42,559 nucleotides of DNA from Vulcanimicrobiota bacterium (GTDB lineage: Bacteria; Vulcanimicrobiota; Vulcanimicrobiia; Vulcanimicrobiales; Vulcanimicrobiaceae): positions 1-42,559 of the forward strand of contig JASHXG010000009.1 in the NCBI GenBank assembly GCA_030043675.1, read 5' to 3'. Positions 35,131 through 42,559 of this stretch are shown piece after piece. The position numbers and the translations under genes are program-made. The notes beneath the pieces were generated by a model. The model was not told where the DNA came from. It saw nothing but the letters and a program-made list of their open reading frames with translations, and did no database searches. Positions within the stretch are counted from its first letter, which is position 1, and the number at the start of each line of letters is the position of its first letter.

Positions 35131-35682
35131 CTAGATGTCGAACGCCTCCACCGTATCGACGTCGAAAAATGCTCCATCATCTTCCGTCGGAATCGCCCAT
35201 TGGCGCAGGCCGGCGCGATCGCGCAGCCAGCGCAGTGTATCGCCCGGCGGTAAATCGTCGATGTAGCGGCGGGCACGCGTGGAAAGCCGAACCGGATGGC
35301 CCGGAATTCCGTCGCGCATGGGGTAGGCCAGGTCCGCCTCGGCCGGAGCCCGCAAGACCGACTCGAGCAGCGCGGCGCCAACCAACGGTTTGTCGCCCAG
35401 CAAGACGATGATTGCGCCGGCTTGGGGAAGAGCGCGATTCGCTAAACTCAGCGAATGTGCCATGCCGAGCTCCGGCGCGTCGTTGCGCAGCACCGTAACG
35501 TCGGAGCGGCCGGACAGATAACCTGCGACCTGCGGACCGGCAACGACGAGCGGCTTCCACGCCCGCGCCGCCGCGATCGAATACTCGATCAGCGGGCGGC
35601 CGTGGAACTCCATCAAGAGTTTTTGCCGTCCCACGCGCGACGACGTTCCGGCGGCGAGAATGACGGCTCGCGCCGCGATCAT
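35131..35682 (-). CDS. MobA-like nucleotidyltransferase (molybdenum cofactor cytidylyltransferase, MocA-type)
   Basis: 183 aa, with AVILAAGTSSRVGRQKLL and LLGDKPLV. The ATG overlaps the upstream xdhC stop (ATGA). It is the last gene of the cox cluster. Confidence 0.8.
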   Translation of the reverse strand: MIAARAVILAAGTSSRVGRQKLLMEFHGRPLIEYSIAAARAWKPLVVAGPQVAGYLSGRSDVTVLRNDAPELGMAHSLSLANRALPQAGAIIVLLGDKPLVGAALLESVLRAPAEADLAYPMRDGIPGHPVRLSTRARRYIDDLPPGDTLRWLRDRAGLRQWAIPTEDDGAFFDVDTVEAFDI

Positions 35683-36620
35683 GCCCGCGTCGCGAAGCCT
35701 TCGGAGCGGCGATGGATCTCGCGGCCGGTCACTCGCAGCGGCTGGCCCGAGCGCTCGTGCCGGCTTGCGACGATCTCGGCGAGGATCGATACCGCCGTCT
35801 CCGCAAGCGTCGCACCGCCGATATCCAGGCCGGCCGGCCCGTGCACGCGCGCCAGTGCTTCCTCATCGAATCCCTCATGGCGCAGCGACGCTCGCCGGCT
35901 GGCCTGAGAGCGGCGGCTTCCCAGCAGCCCGATGTATGGCGCATTGGAGCGCAAAGCACAGCGCAGCGCCGGCAGATCGAACTTTGGATCGTGCGAAAGC
36001 ATCACGATCAACGTGTGCTCCGAAAGCGCGGCCGGCAGATATTCGTCCGGCCACGCGCGCACCAGCGCGTCCGCGTCGGGAACGCGTTCCCGCGTCGCGA
36101 ATGCGGGTCGCGGATCGACGACGACGACGTTGAAATCCACCCGCCGGCCGATCGTCGCCAGCTCCGCAGCCAGCGACGTGGCGCCGATCAGTATCAACGT
36201 TTCTTTCGGCGGGTAAACGTGCTCGAAAACGGCCGTGCCGCCATCGTAGCCGAATGAAAGACGCGCTTCGCGAGCGCCGGCCGCAATTGCGCGCGCCTCC
36301 TCGCGAAAAGCGCGCTCGGGTCGCCAGGCTACGACCCGCAAGACCGCGCCGCACCCGTTGCCGCCGAGCAACTCGTCTTCATCGAGGTTGAGGTCGAGCC
36401 GGCGTGCTTGCCCGTCGGCCGCCGTGCGCAGGCACGCCTCGACGATCTCGCTTTCGTGACAGCCGGCACCGATGTTGCCGACGATGTGTCCCTCGCCGTC
36501 GACCGCGATGCTCGTACCGATCGGAGCGGTCGCGGCTTGGCGCAACTCGACCAGCGTCGCCAGCGCCATGCTGCGGCCCTCCTCCAACCAATCCGCGGCG
36601 GTCGCGAAGACCTCACGCAT
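35679..36620 (-). CDS. XdhC/CoxI-family molybdoenzyme maturation protein
   Basis: 313 aa. The N-terminal XdhC_CoxI-like region (ALATLVELRQAATAPIGTSIAV) is followed by a Rossmann-like part (LILIGATSLAAELATIG...VVVVDPRP). Confidence 0.85.
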   Translation of the reverse strand: MREVFATAADWLEEGRSMALATLVELRQAATAPIGTSIAVDGEGHIVGNIGAGCHESEIVEACLRTAADGQARRLDLNLDEDELLGGNGCGAVLRVVAWRPERAFREEARAIAAGAREARLSFGYDGGTAVFEHVYPPKETLILIGATSLAAELATIGRRVDFNVVVVDPRPAFATRERVPDADALVRAWPDEYLPAALSEHTLIVMLSHDPKFDLPALRCALRSNAPYIGLLGSRRSQASRRASLRHEGFDEEALARVHGPAGLDIGGATLAETAVSILAEIVASRHERSGQPLRVTGREIHRRSEGFATRA

Positions 36621-37725
36621 CGGCGGCCATCCTTCGGCGCCGGCGCAGATTGGTTAACGCGCCGAGCCGCCCGAACGAGACGAGCGTCGTGAGATAGGGC
36701 AACGCGGCCTGCATGCCGTCGGCCGAGGGCACATAGCCGGGTGAGTCCGCGTGTGGGTTGACCCAGGCAATCGCCGCCGAGCGCCGCGCGATCTCGCGCA
36801 TCGCGCGCTGCAGCTGCGGGATCTCCCCGACATCGAGTCCATCGCTCATCACGATCACGAACGTTTGATCGCTCAAGAGTCCGCTAAAGTTTCGAAGGTA
36901 CTCGCCCAGGCTTGCGCCGATGCGCGTCCCGCCGCCCCAAGCCTCTCCTAAACCCTCCAAGCGATACGCATTACGAGCAGCGCAACGGAGTTGGCGGGTG
37001 ACCTCGCGGAGTCTCGTGCTGAAAACGAACGCGCTTGCGCGGCGCGTGCGGCGGCAAAGCGCATAGGCGAACTGGAGCATCCGCGCGCTGTGCTCGCTCA
37101 TCGAGCGGCTGCCGTCGAGCAACAGAACGAAGCGCGGATTGCGCAGCGGGTGATCGAGCATCCGTGGCAGCATCAGCTCGCCGCCGGTGCGCAGACCGGC
37201 GCGCAACGTGCGCCGCAGATCGAATCGCTCGCCGCGGGCACTCGGTTTCCACCGCAGCGATCGAGCTAGATGCAGGCGTTGGATCAGACGTTGCGCTTGC
37301 GTAAGCGCCGCAGCGAGCCCTTCGGTCGGAATGGCCACGGCGTCGACCGGCGATGCTGCCGGACTGTACTGCGCTCGGCGCAGCTCCCAGCCTTCGGCCA
37401 GGCTCTCCGCGGCCGGCGCGGACCGGCGCGGCGCCCCGGTGGCTCCTGCATCGCTCGCCTGCGGATGGCGCCGCGGGCGGGGTTGCGCAACGCCCGGCGC
37501 GAGTGAGAAGAAGGCCGCAAAGGCGCGATCGAAGATCGCGATCTCCTCCGGGCTGCTGCAGCAGACGCTACGCAACGCGGCTACGACGCGCGTCCGCCGC
37601 GCGATCCCGACGCATTCGATCGCTCGCATCGCGTCACGCGCTTCCCTTGGGCCGACCTTGAACCCATGCTCGCGACGCAGATGCCCGCAGAACTCGACGA
37701 TCCCGGCAGTAAGATTCGCGCTCAT
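36613..37725 (-). CDS. coxE: CoxE-like VWA-domain protein
   Basis: 370 aa. The C-terminal VWA/MIDAS pattern is VLLLDGSRSMS...VIVMSDGLD. The ATG overlaps the coxD stop (ATGA at 37722..37725). Confidence 0.85.
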   Translation of the reverse strand: MSANLTAGIVEFCGHLRREHGFKVGPREARDAMRAIECVGIARRTRVVAALRSVCCSSPEEIAIFDRAFAAFFSLAPGVAQPRPRRHPQASDAGATGAPRRSAPAAESLAEGWELRRAQYSPAASPVDAVAIPTEGLAAALTQAQRLIQRLHLARSLRWKPSARGERFDLRRTLRAGLRTGGELMLPRMLDHPLRNPRFVLLLDGSRSMSEHSARMLQFAYALCRRTRRASAFVFSTRLREVTRQLRCAARNAYRLEGLGEAWGGGTRIGASLGEYLRNFSGLLSDQTFVIVMSDGLDVGEIPQLQRAMREIARRSAAIAWVNPHADSPGYVPSADGMQAALPYLTTLVSFGRLGALTNLRRRRRMAADA

Positions 37726-38666
37726 CCGAGGTTCGCACGCACCGACCCAAGGCCGTAATCGGCTTGCGGCGGCGTAGGCACCACCTCGTCGCCCGCGTCA
37801 GGCGCCAAGAGCGGCCGATACTGCGCGCGGAGCGTTTGCAAGAGCTCCCAATCCTCCTGCACCTTCAGAATGCAACCGGCGGTGAGTTCGAGCGTCGCTT
37901 CGTCGAGTTCATCGCGGTGCAGACGCACCAGCGCCAATGCCCAGTCCAAGCTCTCGGCCGTTCCCGGAACGCGCTGGAACGGTTGCGCGCGCAGAAACTC
38001 CATGAAGCGCGCGATCTGCCGCGCCAGTCGTTCGTTCACGCCGGGCAAGCGTGCCCGCAGAATGGCAACCTCGCGTTCGAGCTCCGGATATGCGATCCAC
38101 AGATAGAGACAGCGACGGCGCAGCGCATCCGAGAGCTCGCGCGAGCGATTCGAGGTGACGATCACCGCCGGACGCTCCTTCGCACGGATCGTGCCGAGTT
38201 CGGGAATCGTTACTTGAAACTCGCCCAGCAGCTCGAGGAGAAAGGCTTCGAATGCCTCGTCGGCGCGATCGATTTCGTCGATCAGCAGCACCGGGGCGCG
38301 GGCTTGAGAGATGGCCTCGAGCAGCGGCCGCGCGAGCAGGAACGGCTCGCTGAAGATTTGTGTCTCGCGCTCCGCCAGGGAGAGGCCTTGGTCCTCGGTC
38401 AGCCGGATGTGCAGCAGCTGCTTGGGATAGTTCCACTCGTAGAGCGCGCTCGCCGCGTCGAGGCCTTCATAGCATTGGAGCCGGATCAGCTTGGTGTCTA
38501 GCACGTCGGCAAGCACTTTCGCGCTTTCGGTCTTGCCGACGCCGGCGGGACCTTCCACCAGCAACGGCTTCTCGAGTGCGAGCATCAGCTCGATCGAGGT
38601 CGCGAAGTCTTCGTCGGCGATGTAGCCACGCTGCGCGAATCGTTGGCGGATCTGCGTCCCGTTCAT
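37722..38666 (-). CDS. coxD: CoxD-like MoxR-type AAA+ ATPase
   Basis: Track ORF 37722..39512 is an overextension. ATG 38666..38664 overlaps the upstream stop (ATGA) and gives a 314-aa protein with Walker A LVEGPAGVGKTE and Walker B VLLIDEIDRA. Confidence 0.9.
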   Translation of the reverse strand: MNGTQIRQRFAQRGYIADEDFATSIELMLALEKPLLVEGPAGVGKTESAKVLADVLDTKLIRLQCYEGLDAASALYEWNYPKQLLHIRLTEDQGLSLAERETQIFSEPFLLARPLLEAISQARAPVLLIDEIDRADEAFEAFLLELLGEFQVTIPELGTIRAKERPAVIVTSNRSRELSDALRRRCLYLWIAYPELEREVAILRARLPGVNERLARQIARFMEFLRAQPFQRVPGTAESLDWALALVRLHRDELDEATLELTAGCILKVQEDWELLQTLRAQYRPLLAPDAGDEVVPTPPQADYGLGSVRANLG

Positions 38667-39673
38667 GCATGTGCCGCCACGGCGTAGCGCGACGGATCCT
38701 CTTGAAAGATGGTGCGACATCCGGCGCCGCAGAAGTAATAGCTCCGGCCGTCGTGTTCCGCGCGCTGCGCGTCGACTGCAATCTCGACGTCCATGCCGCA
38801 GACCGGATCGGCCGCGAGTTTCTCGCTCAACGATTCGGGCCGCACCGCTTGCGGTTCGATGGCAGCCACAATCGCGACAATCTCCGCCAAGATCGAAATC
38901 GCGACGTCGCCGGGCCGGCGAGCGCCGATGTCCAGGCCGGCTGGATTGCGCACGCGTTCGATCCGCTCGCGCGCAATCCCCGACGCGGCAAGCGTCGCGA
39001 AGACGCCGGCTGCGCGCCGGCGACTCGCCAACAGACCGATGTAGGGCAACGCCTGCGCGTCGAGCAGCGTTTCGAGAACCGGCTCGTCGTAATGACCTTG
39101 CGTGGCGACGACCGCGACCAGCGACGCGCGCTCTCCCGGCTCGAGTCCGCGCAGAAACTCGCCCAGGGCCGAGAGCGCAATCACGCCCCGAAGATCCTCC
39201 GGCGAAAGATCGGCCAGGTCGGTCTCCTGCAAGACGCGCACGACGCGGAAACCGTCGAGCAGCTCGCCGAGGCCGACGAGCGATCGCGCCACGGGCGTCG
39301 CTCCCGCGACCAGCAGCACGCGGGGCGGCAGGTGCGGCTCGACATAGACGTCCACGGCTCCCTCCGACGTACAGGCCATCGGCACGATCACCGTCCCGAC
39401 AGGCGCTGCATCGTCGGCGTCGGGCGGCGCGCCCGGACGGATCTGCACCAGTCTTCCGGTCCCGCTGCGCATGGCCGCGACCGCCTGACGGCGCACGATA
39501 TCGCGCGAGCAAGCCCCACCCACGAATCCCTGCATGCGTCCATCGGCAAAGACGATCGCGCGATCGCCCAGATGCGAGCTGACCGGCGGATGGCGGACCA
39601 CGACGGTCGCGAGCGCAAACGGCGTGCGCGCGCGTTCCAGCTCCGCGACCCGTTCGAAAAAGCTAGCTGCCAT
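38663..39673 (-). CDS. XdhC-family maturation protein with a C-terminal YHS/TRASH metal-binding domain
   Basis: 336 aa. XdhC_CoxI-like N-terminus (FALATVVVRHPPVSSHLGDRAIV), a Rossmann part (VLLVAGATPVARSL) and a C-terminal DPVCGMDVEI....GRSYYFCGAGCRTIFQEDPSRY (about 38666..38809). Confidence 0.85.
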   Translation of the reverse strand: MAASFFERVAELERARTPFALATVVVRHPPVSSHLGDRAIVFADGRMQGFVGGACSRDIVRRQAVAAMRSGTGRLVQIRPGAPPDADDAAPVGTVIVPMACTSEGAVDVYVEPHLPPRVLLVAGATPVARSLVGLGELLDGFRVVRVLQETDLADLSPEDLRGVIALSALGEFLRGLEPGERASLVAVVATQGHYDEPVLETLLDAQALPYIGLLASRRRAAGVFATLAASGIARERIERVRNPAGLDIGARRPGDVAISILAEIVAIVAAIEPQAVRPESLSEKLAADPVCGMDVEIAVDAQRAEHDGRSYYFCGAGCRTIFQEDPSRYAVAAHA

Positions 39674-40148
39674 CTCCGGGGGCGTTCGCCGGCGCCTGCG
39701 GGCTGCCGCTCAGGCTTTTCCTGACGTTCTCGAAAGTCGTAGCGATCACGCGACGCGCCTGTGTGTCGAGCACGCGGCCGCCGACGGTTGCGGCCGGACC
39801 GCGGATCTCGGCAGTGCCCTTCCAATTCAGGGTGGTCGAAGCGTCGCCGTTGGAGATGAGATCCGCGCCCGCAACGAGGTCGACGACGCTTCCCAACCCG
39901 CCTCCCGAGACCTTCATGTCCATATGGTTGCCGTCGCTCGCCGGTATGAGCGCGATCCTGAAGGTAAACTTACCGCGCACAGGGCCAAGCGCGACGCCGA
40001 CGATCGCGTCGAAACTGTGGGCGTCGCGAATGGTCGTGCTTTGGACGTCGAGAAGACACGTGGCGATCTTGGCCGGATCGTTGATGAACGTCCAGACGGC
40101 GTCTTTGCCGGCCTGGATCTCTTCGGTGCCGTTCCACGAAAGATTCAT
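39663..40148 (-). CDS. coxG: CoxG-like SRPBCC-fold protein (CO dehydrogenase subunit G family)
   Basis: Track ORF 39663..40520 is an overextension. ATG 40148..40146 overlaps the coxL TGA (ATGA) and gives 161 aa starting MNLSWNGTEEIQAGKDAVWTFINDPAKIATC. Confidence 0.8.
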   Translation of the reverse strand: MNLSWNGTEEIQAGKDAVWTFINDPAKIATCLLDVQSTTIRDAHSFDAIVGVALGPVRGKFTFRIALIPASDGNHMDMKVSGGGLGSVVDLVAGADLISNGDASTTLNWKGTAEIRGPAATVGGRVLDTQARRVIATTFENVRKSLSGSPQAPANAPGDGS

Positions 40149-42472
40149 TGCTGCGCTTTGGCATCCCGGATCGCGCGCCAGATTTTTTCCCGCGTCAACG
40201 GCATGTCGATGTGCGTGATGCCGAGCGGAGCGAGAGCGTCCATCACGGCGTTTACGAACGCCTGCGGCGAGCCGACGTTTGGACTCTCGCCGACGCCCTT
40301 GGCGCCGATCGGATGGTGCGGACTCGGCGTGACCGTGCTGTCGGTCTCCCAATGCGGCGTTTCTAGGGCCGTCGGAACGAGGTAATCGGTGAAATTCGTA
40401 TTCAAGTGGTTGCCGTCGTTGTCGTATTGGATCTCCTGCATGAACGCCATGGCAAACCCCTCGGTCAAGCCGCCGTGGACTTGCCCTTCGACGATCATCG
40501 GGTTGATCACCACGCCGCAATCGTCGACCGCCAGGAAACGGCGCACCTTCACGGCACCGGTTTCGCTATCGACGTCGACGACCGCAATGTAGGTTCCATT
40601 CGGGAACGTCAGGTTGGGCGGATCGTAGTAATACGTCGCCTCCAATCCGGGTTCGGTATCGGGGGGCGGATTGGTGTACGCCGCAAACGCAACGTCCTTC
40701 ATCGTGACGCTCTTGCCCGGCACGCCCTTGACGCTGAACTTGTAATCCTTCCATTCGACGTCGGCTTCCGAGGCTTCCAACAGATGGGCCGCGATCTTCT
40801 GGGCCTTCTCGCGAATCTTCCGCGCCGCCAACGCCAGCGCGCCGCCCGCCACCGGCGTGCTGCGGCTGGCGTAGGTCCCCAGACCGTAAGGCGCGGTGTC
40901 GGTATCGCCCTCTTCGACCAGCAGCTCTTGCGGGTCGAGGCCCAGTTCTTCGGCCACGATCTGCGCCCACGTGGTCTCGTGACCCTGGCCTTGGTGACGC
41001 GTACCGGCACGCACGATGCCGGATCCGGTCGGATGAATCCGAATCTCGGCGCTGTCGAACATCTTGATGCCAAGGATGTCGAAGTGCTTGCCCGGTCCGG
41101 CGCCGACGATCTCCGTGAAGCTGGAGACGCCGATGCCCATCAGCTCGCCTTTGGCGCGCTTATCGGCTTGCTCTTTACGGAGCGCGTCGTAGCCGATCTT
41201 GTCCAACGCCTTGCGCATCGTCGTTTCGTAATCGCCGCTGTCGTAGACGAAGCCCAACGGTGACGGATACGGGAACTGCTCCTTGCGCACGAAGTTACGC
41301 CGGCGCAGCTCGGCGGGATCTATCGCGAGCTTACGCGCGAGAATGTCCATGCCGCGCTCGATCGCGAAAGAGGCTTCGGTAACGCGGAACGAGCAGCGAT
41401 AAGCGATCCCACCCGGCGCCTTGTTCGTGAAGTAGGCGTCGACTTCGGCGAACGCGGTTGGAAAATCATACGAACCGGTCACGATGCCGAACATTCCGGC
41501 GGGATACTTGCGCGGATCGGCGGCCGCGTCGAAAGCGCCGTGGTCGGCCGTCGTGGAGACCTTGAGCGCGGTGACCTTGCCTTCTTTGGTTGCGCCGATC
41601 TCAACGTCCATGTGATAGTCGCGCGCGAAACCGGTGGTCGTGAGATTTTCGGTGCGCGTCTCGACCCACTTCACCGGAACCCCAATGATCACCGAGGCGA
41701 CTGCCGCGACGACGTAGCCCGGATAGACCGGTACCTTGTTGCCGAAGCCGCCTCCGACGTCGGGCGAGATCACGTGAATCTTGTCCTCGGGGATGCCCGT
41801 AACCAGCGAAAACGCCGTCCGATGCACGTGCGGCGCTTGCGAGGTCATGTAGACGGTCAAACGGCCCGTCGCCTTGTTCATGTCGGCGACCATACCGCAG
41901 GGTTCGAGCGGGGCCGGATGGCAGCGCGGCGAGAGGATGCGCTCCTGGATGCGAACCGCCGAGCGCTCCAGCGCGGAGGCAGTCTTCTCTTTGTCGCCGA
42001 CTTCCCAGTGATAAATATGGTTCGTTTTCGTCTCGCGGTCGTCGCGCAGAATGATCTTGTCTTCCTTCGACTGGAAGGGTGAGACGACCGGATCGAGCGG
42101 TTCGTACTCGACTTCGACCAGCTCGGCACCGTCGTGAGCGACCTCGCGCGTGGTCGCGACGACGCCGGCGACCTCTTGATACTGGTAGAGCGCTTTGCCC
42201 AGCGCCAGCACCATTTGCTTGTCGAAGCCATGGAAGGTCGGCAGCCATTCGAGCTTGGCGGCATCGAGATCCTCACCGGTGATCACGGCCTTGACGCCCG
42301 AAAGCGCCATCGCTTTGCTCTTGTCGATGCTCTTGATGCGCGCGTGCGGATAGGGGCTGTGTACCAAGGCTAGATAGAGCATATTCGGAAGCACGATGTC
42401 ATCGAGGTAGCGGCCGCGGCCGCGGATGAAGCGCGGGTCCTCCTTGCGCTTCATCGCCTGTCCGATTACCAT
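40145..42472 (-). CDS. coxL: Aerobic CO dehydrogenase large (molybdopterin) subunit, form I
   Basis: It carries the form-I active-site signature AYRCSFR, encoded at 41384..41404. The N-terminal KRKEDPRFIRGRGRYLDD and the overall length are typical. ATG 42472 lies 6 nt after GGGAG and is preferred over the track TTG 42478, which abuts the SD. Confidence 0.95.
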   Translation of the reverse strand: MVIGQAMKRKEDPRFIRGRGRYLDDIVLPNMLYLALVHSPYPHARIKSIDKSKAMALSGVKAVITGEDLDAAKLEWLPTFHGFDKQMVLALGKALYQYQEVAGVVATTREVAHDGAELVEVEYEPLDPVVSPFQSKEDKIILRDDRETKTNHIYHWEVGDKEKTASALERSAVRIQERILSPRCHPAPLEPCGMVADMNKATGRLTVYMTSQAPHVHRTAFSLVTGIPEDKIHVISPDVGGGFGNKVPVYPGYVVAAVASVIIGVPVKWVETRTENLTTTGFARDYHMDVEIGATKEGKVTALKVSTTADHGAFDAAADPRKYPAGMFGIVTGSYDFPTAFAEVDAYFTNKAPGGIAYRCSFRVTEASFAIERGMDILARKLAIDPAELRRRNFVRKEQFPYPSPLGFVYDSGDYETTMRKALDKIGYDALRKEQADKRAKGELMGIGVSSFTEIVGAGPGKHFDILGIKMFDSAEIRIHPTGSGIVRAGTRHQGQGHETTWAQIVAEELGLDPQELLVEEGDTDTAPYGLGTYASRSTPVAGGALALAARKIREKAQKIAAHLLEASEADVEWKDYKFSVKGVPGKSVTMKDVAFAAYTNPPPDTEPGLEATYYYDPPNLTFPNGTYIAVVDVDSETGAVKVRRFLAVDDCGVVINPMIVEGQVHGGLTEGFAMAFMQEIQYDNDGNHLNTNFTDYLVPTALETPHWETDSTVTPSPHHPIGAKGVGESPNVGSPQAFVNAVMDALAPLGITHIDMPLTREKIWRAIRDAKAQQ

Positions 42473-42474
42473 AC

Positions 42475-42559
42475 TCAACTCCCTGCGGCGGCCGGTTCGG
42501 CCGCGGGGTGCGCGGCGAGTTCGGCCGCGGCTTGCTGCACGGCCTTGACGATGTTCTGA
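42475..42559 (-). CDS. coxS: CO dehydrogenase small [2Fe-2S] subunit, C-terminal fragment (gene runs off the window)
   Basis: The partial frame ends ..QNIVKAVQQAAAELAAHPAAEPAAAGS*. The YQNIVKAV-type motif is typical of the C-terminus of CoxS/XdhA-like iron-sulfur subunits. The stop lies 2 nt before the coxL ATG. Confidence 0.65.
   Translation of the reverse strand, partial: QNIVKAVQQAAAELAAHPAAEPAAAGS

Noticed and set aside
37722-39512. A 596-aa ORF suggesting a very large CoxD with an Arg/Ala-rich N-terminal extension.
   Set aside because: The extension overlaps the XdhC-YHS gene in another frame and is low-complexity, which is typical of a high-GC artefact. The MoxR homology begins at MNGTQIRQRF, whose ATG (38666) forms an ATGA overlap with the upstream stop.
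42476-42478. The TTG start for coxL given by the ORF track.
   Set aside because: TTG abuts the GGGAG SD with no spacing and overlaps the coxS stop. The ATG two codons downstream (42472) has 6-nt spacing.
1-42559. A search for CRISPR arrays, tRNA/rRNA genes, IS elements, integrases, toxin-antitoxin pairs and long DNA-level direct or inverted repeats.
   Set aside because: Intergenic regions are short (mostly under 130 nt). None shows tRNA-like cloverleaf arms, spaced identical repeats or terminal inverted repeats that I could detect by reading. A computational scan (tRNAscan, Infernal, a repeat finder) would be needed to exclude them formally.

Overview
High-GC bacterial chromosomal window with about 41 densely packed protein-coding genes and many 4-nt ATGA/GTGA start-stop overlaps. 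I saw no rRNA, tRNA, CRISPR array, transposase, integrase or prophage signature. All functional calls come from reading motifs in the supplied translations by eye, with no database or HMM search, so family names are best recollection. Content from left to right: (1) two tandem members of an uncharacterised ~329-aa lipoprotein family (predicted beta-propeller), an MFS transporter and gamma-glutamyltransferase. (2) A PLC/AcpA-type phosphoesterase lipoprotein divergent from a third propeller copy, followed by three small secreted proteins. (3) An operon in which a Pho84/PHT1-type MFS phosphate symporter is translationally coupled to pstS, with no pstCAB. (4) A His-rich mini-protein, glycogen phosphorylase and phosphoglucomutase. 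(5) A second phosphoesterase paralogue followed by an adenylate-cyclase/STAND-ATPase/TPR protein. (6) A fourth propeller copy, a 7-repeat GloVer-type lipoprotein and the third phosphoesterase. (7) A methyltransferase, a clan-GH-A-like glycosidase, and an outer-membrane beta-barrel followed by an Nramp-related transporter. (8) An apparent operon of BASS transporter, TRIC channel, an orphan CYTH/TTM-like protein and formylglycine-generating enzyme. (9) A split chromate-transporter pair. (10) A form-I aerobic CO dehydrogenase cluster: coxS (partial), coxL, coxG, xdhC::YHS, coxD, coxE, xdhC, mocA. The best candidate for an undescribed system is the recurring association of three phosphoesterase lipoproteins with four copies of the unnamed propeller lipoprotein, in a phosphate-related neighbourhood. 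A second unusual signal is that three envelope or membrane genes encode conserved N-terminal sequence upstream of any ATG/GTG/TTG. Two of these have an SD-spaced GTT. The third overlaps a UUU-UAA-G site at the stop of the upstream gene.
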